Source of the DNA: Octopus sinensis
Lineage: Eukaryota
Direction: 5' to 3'
Assembly (NCBI RefSeq): GCF_006345805.1
Contig: NC_043026.1
Span: 3,224,001-3,288,000 of the forward strand
Length of the DNA: 64,000 nt
In this document: positions 1 to 11,516 of the stretch, piece after piece
Layout of the letters: each line of letters begins with the position of its first letter
Numbering within the stretch: position 1 is the first letter of the stretch
Translations under genes and position numbers: made by a program
The notes under the pieces: model-generated
The model's database searches: none
Told to the model about the DNA's origin: nothing
Seen by the model: the letters and a program-made list of their open reading frames with translations, nothing else

Positions 1-438
1 GACCACTTTCTGCTATGCCTACCACTGTCTCGCCCTACCTCACACACCTACACACAGACGCACACACTAACACATACTTATATTTTTTGTTTGTTTATCT
101 CGCCTCACACACACATACACACGCACACACTCACACATACACACAATCTGTGCGTTACCAACCTTGTCTCCACTCTTTTGGCTTTAAAAACCTACTTTGC
201 TCTTGTTATCGTAAACTTCCGCCTTTCACCATGTGTAACTCGTAAACACCAGTCGTTTTTTTCTCTACCCTGTTGCCCGCTTTGGGATCTTTCTTCCTCT
301 CTCTTCCTTCTTATGTTTCCGACGAAGAGCTCCGCTCGAAACGTCATACCTTCCTGCTTCCCTTTCCTGAGCGCCTATTAATAATAATACTGTAATTGTT
401 CCATTGTTGTTGTTTTTTTTTGTTTTCCCGTTTGGATT

Positions 439-486
<48 letters not shown>

Positions 487-727
487 TTGTGTGTCTGTGT
501 TTGTCCCCCTAGCATTGCTTGACAACCGATGCTGGTGTGTTTATTTCCCCGTTACTTAGCAGTTCGGCAAAAAGAGACCGATGGAATAAGTACTGGGCTT
601 ACAAAAGAATAAGTCCTGGGGTCGAGTTGCTCGATTAAAGGCTGTGCTCCAGCATGGCCGCAGTCAAATGACTGAAACAAGTAAAAGAGAATATATATAT
701 ATAATATGGGACAATCAGTAAGTTGTC

Positions 728-791
728 CTAATGATACTCAGTTTCAAATACCAGAGCTGAGGGCTTCTAGGCATTTTGCATCAGTTATTAA
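728..791 (-). ncRNA. Variant/degenerate hammerhead motif (core CUGAUGCA)
   Basis: Minus strand: TTAATAA-CTGATGCA-AAATGCC...GGTATTT-GAA-AC tga GT-A-TCATTAG. 7-bp stem II, stem I 6 of 7 paired; core deviates at A9. Confidence 0.5.
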
Positions 792-1689
792 GACAAGAAT
801 GCAATGAAAAAAAGACCCGTTGAATAAAGGGAAGTTACTCTAATGGGCATGGAAAATATAAGTAAAAAATATAAAATATATTTTAAAAATTATAAAAATA
901 CACGCAACCACATACTCACAAAGATAGAAATCTTCATTCATAAAATCTCCATACGTACACATGTATATATATGTGTGTGTGTGTATATATATATATATAC
1001 GCACATACACATACATACATGCATTATTATGGTCAAATACACATTTTTACATGCACACACATATACATGTATATGCATATATATATATATTTGTATAAAT
1101 ATATATATATATATAATATAAATATATACACACGTACGTATATATGTATAACTTCATCTTAAATATACAAAAACGTAAACAATATACAGATATGCACAAA
1201 GGTAACAGGCACATGTTCACACTTGCCACATATATGAATATACATATACATACACACGCATATGCATATATATATATGTACAAATATACACACAGACACG
1301 TATACATGCATACCCAACATCATCCTCGCATAAATATATAGAGACATTTATACAAATGAAAATACACACACAAACATAAAATGTATACATATATGCATAC
1401 TCGTACAGGTATATATTCACACTCACCGCAAACATGAATATTCATGTGTATAGAGGTGCATATATAATCAGCCGAAATTGCGAGGATGATCCGGTTCTTG
1501 ACTGAAGATTGAAGGCTTCGAATGTCCCGTCCGTGTTTTTTGTATCGTCTTCTAGATGTTTTGCGTTCTTGTCCCACTTTGTATTTTTTTTACATATACA
1601 TACATATATATATATATATGTGACCGCGTGTAATTTGTTGGCGATTTTTTTCCTCTGTCTTCCCTTCTTTGGATCTTTCCTTTTCCTAT

Positions 1690-1724
1690 GTTTCTGACGA
1701 AGAGCTCCGCTTGAAACGTTAAAC
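1690..1724 (+). ncRNA. Minimal hammerhead motif with palindromic ACGT stem III, in a dispersed repeat (repeat copies at about 255-450, 1630-1830 and 12620-12840 minus)
   Basis: GTTT-CTGACGA-a-GAGC tcc GCTT-GAA-ACGT-T-AAAC. Copies at 316-345 (+) and 12732-12766 (-) read CCGACGA. Confidence 0.6.
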
Positions 1725-2099
1725 CCTCCTTCTTTCCTGAGCGTCCAATAATACTATATTTGTTCCAAGTCCTCACATTGTTGTGTTTTTTTTGTGCTTT
1801 CTTGTTTGGATTAACTTTATATATATAATACATACATACATACACACATATTCACACTCCTATCTGTCAACACACCTACACCTGCAGATATGCAAGCGTA
1901 TATACATACGCATATGTACGAAGAAGGGAGACGTGCATGACAGTCACTCTTATGCAACGGATATAGTCTTACACTCGTATATATACAGAGATTCGTACAC
2001 ATATATACACATGCACACACATACACTTTTAATATATGCTTATACATACAATTACTACACCTGTATATAGTCACATAATTGAAAAAGAAGAAAAAAAAA

Positions 2100-3600
2100 T
2101 GAAAAAACATACAAAAAATATATATAAAGCAGTAAAAATATATAAAATATGTTAAGATATGTGCAAGGCTTGTACATGGACATAATAAAAAATGCAGGTG
2201 TTATCTATGATTTTGGGGCAGGGGTGCAAAAATGTAACAAGTATTTTGTGAGATGTGGACATGATCTAAAAACTTCACTTCTTGAATTTAGACATGTAGC
2301 AGGGTCTAAAGGACTTTTCCATATGAACCATCTTTCCATATCGCAAAGACCACACTTTCCACTGCCATTGGTGAAGATCTTACACTTGGTCAAGATCTTC
2401 CAGTGAATCTTATAGCTGACATCTTGTTCTTTTAAGGACCATATATAACTGGATAATTTAGTGGGGTTTCTTTTTCTTTTTTTTGTCCCAGTGTTTAAGG
2501 TGTGATTATTGAACCTAGCTCCTAAATTCCCCTCTGTGAAACCCACATATTTCTTCGAAGAAACTGTGTCCTTAGCGTTTGTGGAATCTACCGTGGCTTC
2601 ATAAATGATGGTCTTGGTCATACAGGCTCCATTGAGCAGGTACAAGTCTTTATCTCTGCAGGAACAGCTGGTTTCATGTTGTTGTTTTTGTGTGTTGTGT
2701 GTAATTATATTTTTAAAATTTGTGGTTGAAGTAAAACTAATTTTTAGGATATACCGATTAAAGAGCTTTCTGTAATCATGATTGATTGGAAAATGCCTAT
2801 CTATAAGTGATAAGAAATATTTACCTATATTAAAGGTCACTTCGGGGAAGGAATGGGTGTGAACCAGATAGCTTTCCTATTCCTATGTTTTCTTTTCTTA
2901 ATTTCTGGACTAATAACAGGTGTATAGGTTATTTCCTTACTAAAACCGCTGTCTTTAAGAGCTTTATTATATTTTGGGGCAGCATTATTAAATATGTTTA
3001 TGTCGGAGGAGGGGCTAGAAGTTCTCCTACCAATATTTTTAACTAAATTCTTAAACACTGTGGTGGGGGTGGCAGGAACCGAGATTAATATAACTAAGTC
3101 TATCGTTGGGGTTCCTATAGGGTTTGAAAATGTTCTTATTTAAATCTAAAGATACATCAAGAAAATTGACAAGCATCAGGTTGGTGTCTCTTGTTATGCT
3201 AAGATCGAATGTTTTCATCATTTGGATAATATCCTTCCTTAACCATTCTTGCGCTGATCCATTGGTATTTATAGTTAAAACTAGAGCATCATCTTTGTAA
3301 ATAGTGAAATATACACCTATATATACATAAACAACTTATAAGTAAGGGCTAAAGAAAATTATTTCAATGCCAATATGCTGATAACAGACTATTAAATCGT
3401 CAATTTCCACATATAATTTACTCGCTACAGCAAAAACCGAAGAACTGGAGTCGGGCAAGCCGGCCGTTAGAATTTTTTTAAAATTTGTTATTTCTATATT
3501 GAATCAATTTCAGAATTAATCTCATAAAAGACTTATTCCTCCTCAGTAGAACTTACGAAAGGATATAAATAAGATACTTACATGCGCCCATGGAAAAAGC
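2100..3600 (-). mobile_element. Decayed Penelope-like retroelement (RT C-terminal half + GIY-YIG endonuclease)
   Basis: Minus-strand frames give YKDDAL...VNFLDVSLDL...KPYRNPND...HP (RT), then LVKNIGRR..S.SSD.NIFNNAAPKY.KALKDSGF, then ORF 2205-2840 with IIYEATV...KKYVGFTEG...RFNNH...TKLSSYIWSLK...C.LC..ER (GIY-YIG). Frameshifted. Ends approximate. Confidence 0.88.
3492..3551 (-). ncRNA. Type I hammerhead ribozyme upstream of the Penelope-like RT remnant
   Basis: Minus strand: TTCTA-CTGAGGA-GGAAT a AGTCT tttatg AGATT a ATTCT-GAA-ATTG att CAAT-A-TAGAA. All three stems pair; AUA triplet. Confidence 0.8.
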
Positions 3601-3732
3601 CGAAGCAAAAAACATGAGTACATATATATATATATATATTATATGAGCTGTTTTGTTTGTTTATTAGTTATTATTATTATTACTATTATTAGTATTAGTA
3701 TTGTCCCTTTGATCCCCTGGTCGACAGTTTGC

Positions 3733-3772
<40 letters not shown>

Positions 3773-4229
3773 TTCAGCTTCGCCTCGTATTGCATATTAT
3801 TTCTCCATACAGGGGTTTTTTTCAATGGCAGCCCATTTTCGCGGGGTTCTACTGTTCTTCTCTATCTATCTCTCTCTCTCCCTTTCTCACGTTGTCTGCC
3901 ATTCCCCCCCTTCCATTGCTAAGAGCATTTCTAAGCCAGCCCGTCAGTTCAACCTTCGTATATTCCCGGTGCACCCGCCCTTGCCCACCCCCACCACCAA
4001 TACCGGATATCTCTATATTTTTACTCCATCTATACCGGATGTCGCTTCTCCCACCACCATTATAGGTGTCTACTCTTCGAACCCCCCTCTTCAATACGCT
4101 ATTTCACCATGCATTACCCCTCTCTTGATATCCTACGTTCTACTTGCCTAGAACCTGTCATCATTTCTCTGAACCACCCCTCCCCACTGGTGCTCCCCTA
4201 TATATTTCTGCACCCCCCCCCCCCCACAC

Positions 4230-4470
4230 ATAAAAGCACCATCCGAACGTGGCCGATGCCAGACCCCTCTGGCACCTGTGCAGGTGGCACGTAAAAAACA
4301 CCCACTACACTCGCGGAGTGGTTGGCGTTAGGAAGGGCATCCAGCTGTAGAAACACTGCCAGACTAGACTGGAGCCTGGGGCAGTCCCGAGCTCCCCAGA
4401 CCCCGGTCGAAACCGTCCAACCCGTGCTAGCGCGGAAAACGGACGTTAAACGATGATGATGATGATGATG
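4230..4470 (+). mobile_element. 3' end of RTE-family LINE with (GAT)n tail, representative of many copies
   Basis: Same sequence as the 3' UTR of the RTE LINE at 46493-48468. Copies near 6890, 10460, 15000, 15230, 16580, 17590, 23135, 34545, 40010, 40280, 41985. Confidence 0.8.
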
Positions 4471-4761
4471 ATATGTAATACATGTATATATTACACATAT
4501 ACAGTATGTCCCAGGATTAACTATCCCAATGAAATCAGGCAAATTTTTAAAAAAACTGACAGAATTTTATGTTTATTACTTAATTATGATACCAAAACAA
4601 AATTAGTCAAAACTTTATTGAAAATTCTCAACATGTGTTCCGTTTGTGTCCCTACAAATTTCAAATCTATCCTTAGTCTTGCGAAACACATTTTGAAACA
4701 TTTCAAGACTTATTTCCTGCACTGTGCTAACTTTAAGTTCAGTTAAACTGTTGCTCTGTGA

Positions 4762-5092
4762 GGGCGCGTGGCTTAGTGGTTAGGGCATTCGGCTCATGAT
4801 CGTAAGGTTGTGAGTTCGATTCCCGGCGACGCGTTGTGTCCTTGAGCAAGGCACTTTATTTCACGTTGCTCCAGTCCACTCAGCTGGCAAAAATGAGTTG
4901 TATTTGTATTTCAAAGGGTCAGCCTTGTCACTCTCTGTGTCACGCTGATTATCCCCGAGAACTACGTTAAGGGTACACGTGTCTGTGGAATGCTCAGCCA
5001 TTTGCACGTTAATTTCACAAGCAAGCTGTTCCGTTGATCGTATCAGCTGGTACCCTCGTCGTCGTAACTGGCGGAGTCTTTTTTTTTTTTTA
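4762..5092 (+). mobile_element. tRNA-derived SINE (family copies also near 6600-6880, 26764-26990, 33060-33390 minus, 42190-42440 minus)
   Basis: A box TGGCTTAGTGG, B box GTTCGATTCC, conserved body ttgtgtccttgagcaaggcactt, poly-T end. Confidence 0.8.
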
Positions 5093-5222
5093 AAACTGTT
5101 GCTCCATCCTGGGTACAAAGGTGGAGAAAATGACTATGGGCCCAGAGTGAAAAAAAAGTTTTCTTAGACAGATAAGCAGGATCTGATAGGAATGAAAATA
5201 TAAAAATAAAACAATTATAAAA

Positions 5223-5500
5223 ATATTGTTATATTTCGGAATGGTCATTTTGCCAGTTTAGCCAATAAAAACACACGCACTATATATTTGGCGTTACTTT
5301 GCTTCAGTGTTATTTATTTTTTACATTAATCTTAATCTTATTTCGGCCAGAGTTCTTTTGTCACACTCCTGTGACCGCATCATGAGATTAAGATTAATGT
5401 AAAAAATAAATAACACTGAAGCAAAATAACACCAAATATATAGTGCGTGTGTTTTTATTGGCTAAACTGGCAATATGACCATTCCGAAATATAACAATAT
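5223..5500. repeat. Long inverted repeat (118-bp arms, 42-bp spacer)
   Basis: Arms 5223-5340 and 5383-5500 are reverse complements with 4 mismatches by eye. Confidence 0.95.
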
Positions 5501-5586
5501 CTGTTTCAACACACGACTTCACATAAAAAATCTTGCACAACAAATATATAATTATAAAAATCATAAAGCTATAAACAAAATTTGCT

Positions 5587-5626
<40 letters not shown>

Positions 5627-5837
5627 CTATTAATCATTTTATATGATGATGTGACGTTGTGGCTATCATTCTAGTCTGTTGAAAGCATACTAATGAATAG
5701 TTTTGTTGTAGTAGTTGTTGTTGTTATTCTTAATCCTCGTCTACAATGATGTGATGTTGTGGCTTTTATTGCAGACTGTTGAAACCATCTCCAAGGAATA
5801 AGTTTGCTGTAGTTCCTCCAACTGCACTGCTGAAACA

Positions 5838-5910
5838 ATGGGCAACCTGCTACGAGTCCTCACCAAGGACGACTCCACGAAGAACTATGACGCTTACGTG
5901 GACTTTGAAA
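5838..5910 (+). CDS. CYRI: CYRI/FAM49 coding exon 1 (MGNLLRVLTKDDSTKNYDAYVDFE + 1 nt)
   Basis: ATG at 5838; 73 nt ending at a GTGAGT donor. The N-terminus resembles vertebrate CYRI-B MGNLLKVLT...DFEN (recalled sequence). Candidate acceptor cttttattgcag ending 5774 suggests an upstream non-coding exon. Confidence 0.93.
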
Positions 5911-5975
5911 GTGAGTACAGCTTTTCTTTCTATTTCGGTTTTTCATGGACTTAGAGTGGAAAGAGTAAACAAATA

Positions 5976-6374
5976 GGCGCAGGAGTGGCTGTGTGGTAAG
6001 TAGCTCATTTACCAACCACATGGTTCCGGGTTCAGTCCCACTGCGTGGCACCTTGGGCAAGTGTCTTCTACTATAGCCTCGGACCAACCAAAGCCTTGTG
6101 AGTGGATTTGGTAGACGGAAACTGAAAGAAGCCCGTCGTATATATGTATATATATATGAGTGTGTGTGTGAGTTTTTGTGTCTGTGTTTGTCCCTCCAAC
6201 ATCGCTTGACAACCGATGGTGGTGTGTTTACGTCCCCGTCACTTAGCGGTTCGGCAAAAGAGACCGATAGAATAAGTACTAAGCTTACAAAGAATAAGTG
6301 CCGGGGTCCATTTGCTCGACTAAAGGCGGTGCTCCAGCATGGCCGCAGTCAACTGACTGAAACAAGTAAAAGAG
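5976..6374 (+). mobile_element. SINE family A (ggcgcaggagtggctgtgtggtaag...gactgaaacaagtaaaagag), representative copy
   Basis: tRNA-like head, central (TA)n/(TG)n spacer, conserved tail. Other copies or parts near 490-690, 12440-12600, 14640-14810, 19300-19685, 21450-22040, 24080-24240, 31972-32830, 33451-33841, 34083-34457, 36930-37285, 38525-38950. Confidence 0.85.
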
Positions 6375-7521
6375 AGAGTAAAGAGCAAATGACTTTTAAG
6401 CAGGATTCTGGCATCCCATCTCACTCCTCGGAACTTTTTCATTTTGGGGAATTCTCAGAATATTTTCAAAAAATTTGTGGGAATTTATACAATTATGAGT
6501 GAAACAAGGAAAAGATAAAAAAAAAAAGGGCCAAAAAACAAAAGAAGATAAATGTTAACTGAGTGTCTCCATGAACTCAACGTTGTCTGTCTGGCCCCAT
6601 GGTGTGCCACATGTCAGATATCGAAGTGATGGCAGAGGAACATGAAGTGAAGTGTTTCACACGAGCACAATGCGCCACCTCACCTGGGAATTGAAACCAC
6701 AATCTTGCAGTTGTGAGTGCAACACCCTTACCATTAGCCTGTGCGTCCTCCCATGAAAATTACACCCACACAGTTACATGTATTTGTATAGTTATACCCA
6801 GAACTCAGTCCACTCAGCTGGCAAAAATGAGTTGTTCCTGTGTTTCAAAGGGGCCAGTCTTGTATTTGAAAGGGGCCAGTCTTGTCCTCATCGTTGTCGA
6901 TGCTGGCATGGGTTGGGTGGTTTGACTGAGGACTGGCAAGCAAAGAGGCTCCAGTCTGACCTTGCAAGGTTTCTACAGCTGGATGCTCTTCCTAACGCCA
7001 ACCACTCCGCGAGTGTAGTGGGTGCTTTTCACGTGCCACCTGCACGGGTGCCAGACGAGGCTGGCAAACGGCCACGGTCGGATTGGTGCATTGAAACATT
7101 TGTCATCACAAGCGACAGAGTGCCACTGCCCTTAACTACACAGCTACGTCACTTCCTACATGTGGAACCACATGCATGCATTGCTACATCCATACAACTA
7201 CAGATCTAGACAGCAATCCCTCGCCATGTGGCGCGGTTCACCTACCATTGTTTATTATTTCAGCTTACATGGATTCCTCCATGGTGTGGTTTGGCATTTA
7301 CGATAATAAAATAAATATTTACAAATTTTTAAAATAATAAAAGAAAACTTTCTGTGCTGTTTCTGCTTTGCAGATTTTCACTTATCGCAGGGTGTTGGGG
7401 GTTGGGGGGAGGGACGTAACCCCTGCGACAGTCGAGGGATTACTGCAATCAAATAGCTATATATAATACACAATAATTAATCCCCCCCCCCTTTCTTAGA
7501 CTCTCTATTTGTCTGTCTCTT

Positions 7522-7755
7522 AAGGCAGCAAGCTGGCAGAATGGTTAGCACGTCGAGCGAAATGCGAAGCCGTATTTCATCTGCCGTTAGGTTCTGAGTT
7601 CAGATTCTGCCGAGGTCGACTTTGCCTTTCATCCTTTCGGGGTCGATAAATTAAGTACCAGTTACGCACTGGGGTCGATGTAATCGACCTAATCCCTTTG
7701 TCTGTCCTTGTTTGTCCCCTCTGTGTTTAGCCCCTTGTGGGCAATAAAGAATTAA
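7522..7755 (+). mobile_element. SINE family B (ggcagcgagctggcaga...ctttcatcctttcggggtcgat), representative copy
   Basis: Many dispersed copies: cluster 8350-9540, 14170-14580 (-), 15420-15760, 46270-46480 (-). Confidence 0.8.
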
Positions 7756-7760
7756 GACTA

Positions 7761-8015
7761 TTCCTCTTTCCTTTCTCTCTTTTCTCTCTCTCTCTCCCTT
7801 CTCTGTTTTCTCTTTCTCTCCCTTCTCTGTTTTCTCTTTCTCTCCCTTCTCTCTTTTCTCTCTCTCCCTTCTCTCTTTTCTCTCTCTCTCTTTCCCTTCT
7901 CTCTTTTCTCTCTCTCTCTCTCCCTTCTCTATTCTCTCTCTCTCTCCTCTCTTTTCTCTCTCTCTCTCCTCTCTCTCTCCCTTCTTTCTTTTCTCTCTCT
8001 CTCTCTCTCTCTTTC
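7761..8015. repeat. Polypyrimidine (CT-rich) low-complexity tract upstream of exon 2
   Basis: About 250 bp of almost pure C/T with a degenerate roughly 20-22 bp period. Confidence 0.9.
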
Positions 8016-8083
8016 AAACTCCTTTTTATTGATTGTCTTTTCGCCCACCTTATCCCTCTTCTTCTCCTTTTTTCTTACGGCAG

Positions 8084-8205
8084 ATGCTCAGCCAACTGAG
8101 AAGGAAATTGATGTGTGGACCCAGGTAAACGAGGTTCTGCTCTGTTCCAACTCCATCTTGGCTGATATGGCAAGCTACCACGGTGCAGCTGAGGAGATCC
8201 GTTTA
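8084..8205 (+). CDS. CYRI: CYRI exon 2 (NAQPTEKEIDVWTQVNEVLLCSNSILADMASYHGAAEEIRL)
   Basis: Polypyrimidine tract + CAG acceptor, GTGAGT donor, 122 nt. Phase joins exon 1 (A+AT = N). Matches the FAM49 NAQPTE...GA.EIR segment. Confidence 0.95.
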
Positions 8206-8248
8206 GTGAGTAACAGTTTTTCTTTTCTTGTTTCCCCATCACTTAATG

Positions 8249-8290
<42 letters not shown>

Positions 8291-8959
8291 CATCCTTACC
8301 AAATTGTCATTCTACATGAAGCTGGCCCTGCACTGTGGAACTCGTTAAACTGCCCCAGTGGCTGACAGAATCATTCGCATGCCAGGCAAAATGCTTAGCG
8401 ATATTCCTCCCATTGCTACATTCTGAGTTCAAGTTCCACTGAGGTCAATTCTTCCTTTCATCCTTTTTGGGGTTGATAAATTAAGTACCAGTTGAGTACT
8501 GGGGTTAATGTAATTGACTTAACCCTTCCCTCAAAATCTCAGGCCTTGTGCCAATATTAGAAAGGATTATTATTGTTACTATAAAGGTGGTGAGCTGACA
8601 GAATTGTTAGTACACGAGGCTAGATGCTTTGTAGCATTTCGCCCCTTGCTGCAGTCTGACTTCAAATTCTGTGCAGGTCAATGTTGCGTTTCATCCTTTC
8701 AGTCAAGTACTGGGGTCGACGTTCCAGAATTGTTTGCACACCAGGCGAAACATTTCACCTGTCGCTATGCTCCGAGTTCAAATTCTGCCGAGGTTGACTT
8801 TGCCGCCTTTCATCCTTTCAGGGTCAGTAGAAACACTGGGGTTAATGTAATTGACTAATCCCACCCCATCAAAAAAAATTTCAGGTCTTCTGCCTTTAGT
8901 AAAAAGACTATCTTCCCCCTCCTCCAAAATTGCTGCCCTTGTGGCAAAATTTGAAACCA

Positions 8960-8993
<34 letters not shown>

Positions 8994-11295
8994 GTTGGTG
9001 AGCTGGTAGAATCATTAGCATGCTGGGCAAACTGCTTGGCGGCATTTCATCCTTCTTTACATTGTAGGTTCAAATTCCACTGGAGCCAACTTTGCCTTTC
9101 ATCCTTTTTGGAATTGATAAAATGAGTACCAGTTGTATACTGGGGTTGATATAATTGACTAGTCTCCTCCCCCAAAATTTCAGGCCATATTCCTTTAATA
9201 CAAACGATTATTATTATTAAGGTGGTAAGCTGGCAGAGTTGTTAGCACACCAGGCAAAAGGTTCCCAAACATTTCACCTGTTGCTATGCTCTGAGTTCAA
9301 ATTCTGCCGAGGTTGACTTCGCCTTTCATCCTTTCGAGGTCAATAAATTAAGTACCAGTGAAACACTGGGGTCGATGTAATTGATTAGTCTCCTTCCCCA
9401 AAATTCAAAAATTTTTTAGTAAAAAAACATTATTATTATTAAGGTGGCCAGCTGGCAGAATGGTTAGCATGCTGGGCAGAGTGCTTAGCAGCATTTCCTT
9501 TGTCTTTACATTCTGAGTTCAAATTCCACCAGTCGTCTTGGTGTATAAGTCAACTTACCATTGTTTTGGCTGCAAATTTTGTTCTAAAAAGTTCAACTTG
9601 TATGCCAGAAAAAATGGCCATTCTATTTGAGAAACAAATCCAAAAAGACATCCAAAACCGAGGTGAAATACTGTATTTTCTGGCATGCAAATTGATAGTG
9701 TAAACATGTAGCATTCAACCCATGTCACTATCTTTCCAAATCCTATGGCATTTCACATGGAATTTTTGGTCCTCCAAAGTTGTCTTGGTGTATAAGTTGA
9801 CCTACAACTTCACAACCATCAGAACACAAAGCACTTCTCATGACTGCAGGACCATGAGATGGTTGTGACTTGTAAACAGTTTTGCATGGGAACTGGAGTA
9901 TGAACATACAATGTGCATGTCTTCACTGGATTTGTAAAACGGAAGAGAAGAATAAGAACACATTGCACATGTAACATGTCATGCAGCTGTAAATTTTGTT
10001 GTGAAAATTTCAAGTTTTTTGCTGAAAAAGACAGGATTCTACTTGAGAAACTAATCAAGACAGACGTACAAAACATTACAGGTGAAATACTGTGTTTTCT
10101 GGCCTACAAGTTGATGTAGTTTATAGTGTAAAGATGTTGTGCTAAAGTTTGGCCTAACTGTTTTGGCTGTAGAATTTCAGTCTGAAACATTCAACTTGTA
10201 TGCTGGCCATGCTGGGGCACCCCCCTGGAAGGATTTTAGTCAGTCAATAGTTAACTTTTAATGCTTTAGCTTTCAGATTACTTTGTCAAATGTAATGTTC
10301 ATTTGTTGACATTATTTTAAACTTGAAGATTTTTATCATGTAATTGTGTGTGTTTTAGAATAGCATTGTAGGGTAGGTGTCAGAGAGCAGACCTGTCTAT
10401 TCTGAACATAAAACAGGTGCACTGTTTGGGCTGGATATGGCCAGTTTTGTATTAAACAATTGTCATCATCATCATCTTTATCCGACAGAGTTTCTACAGC
10501 TGGATGCCCTTCCTAACGCCAACCACTCTGAGAGTGTAGTGGGTGCTTTTTATGTGCCACCGGTATGGGGGCCAGTCAGGCGGTACTGGCAACGACCTTG
10601 CTCGAGTCTTTTTACGCATGCCACAGGCACAGGTGCCAGTAAGGCGATGTTGGTAACGCTCATGTTCAAATGGTGCCCTTTAAAGGTTTTTTTTTTTTTT
10701 CCAACTAACAGTGAAGCCTACATTTTTCTGGAAAGCTATAGTGGGGCCTGAGGGGAAAATAGGTTGGGAAACATTGCTCTAGTGTTTTACAAGAGAGAAC
10801 ATTTTGGAGAAATGTGGTCTTAGCTGCATTAAGCGTAGGCAAAAGATGAAGTAGTCATTGCTGAAATGTATTTGATGTTGGAGTTATTTCACAAGAAAGA
10901 AGCCAAAGTTAGTTTGAGCTACACAGCAAATTGTTTGTCTCATTTTGAAGACCAAGTGCTGTGGACACACTGAAACAACTCAGAAGCTGGCTTCAGTTTC
11001 AGGATTAAGGAAAGCTTAACCTTAATGCCAAAAGTCTTGCAGAGCAAGTGTATACAGAAGCAATATAACATCCCAGGGATGTTCGTGCAACAAATTTGGT
11101 ATCGAGTGGTTAGGATTAGAACACTCTGTCATTCATAAAACGGTGCAAAGCATTTTCAGTTTTGTAACCGTGAGAAATACCATTGATACTGAATGAGAAA
11201 TATACACCCGTGTGTCTTTGTGTTTGTATCTTAAGCATCATTATTAATGTGTCTGCTTTCCAATGGTGGTGTGAGTTTAATCATTTAGTGTTTAA

Positions 11296-11516
11296 CCCTT
11301 TAGTGTTCACATTATTCTGCCAAAATTAATCCTTTTTCATCCACATTGTTTTGAACTAATCATGCATTATCTTGTAGCTGTGAGATTTTGAAGAGGTAGC
11401 TGTTAATTTTTAAAACGATATTGTAGGATTGGTGTGAGAGACCAGATCTGGCCAGTTTGAACATAAAACAAGCAGAATACTTTTGGCCGGATATGGCCAG
11501 TTTAAATGCTAAAGGG
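11296..11516. mobile_element. piggyBac-type MITE
   Basis: TTAA-CCCTTTAG...CTAAAGGG-TTAA termini; a degenerate inverted copy follows at about 11521-11712. Confidence 0.8.

Noticed and set aside
1503-1527. CTGAAGA...GAATGTC hammerhead-like string
   Set aside because: GAAT instead of GAAA, no viable stem II loop and no stem I pairing.
4762-4835. tRNA-like sequence with A and B boxes
   Set aside because: No complete cloverleaf; it continues into a SINE body found in multiple copies.
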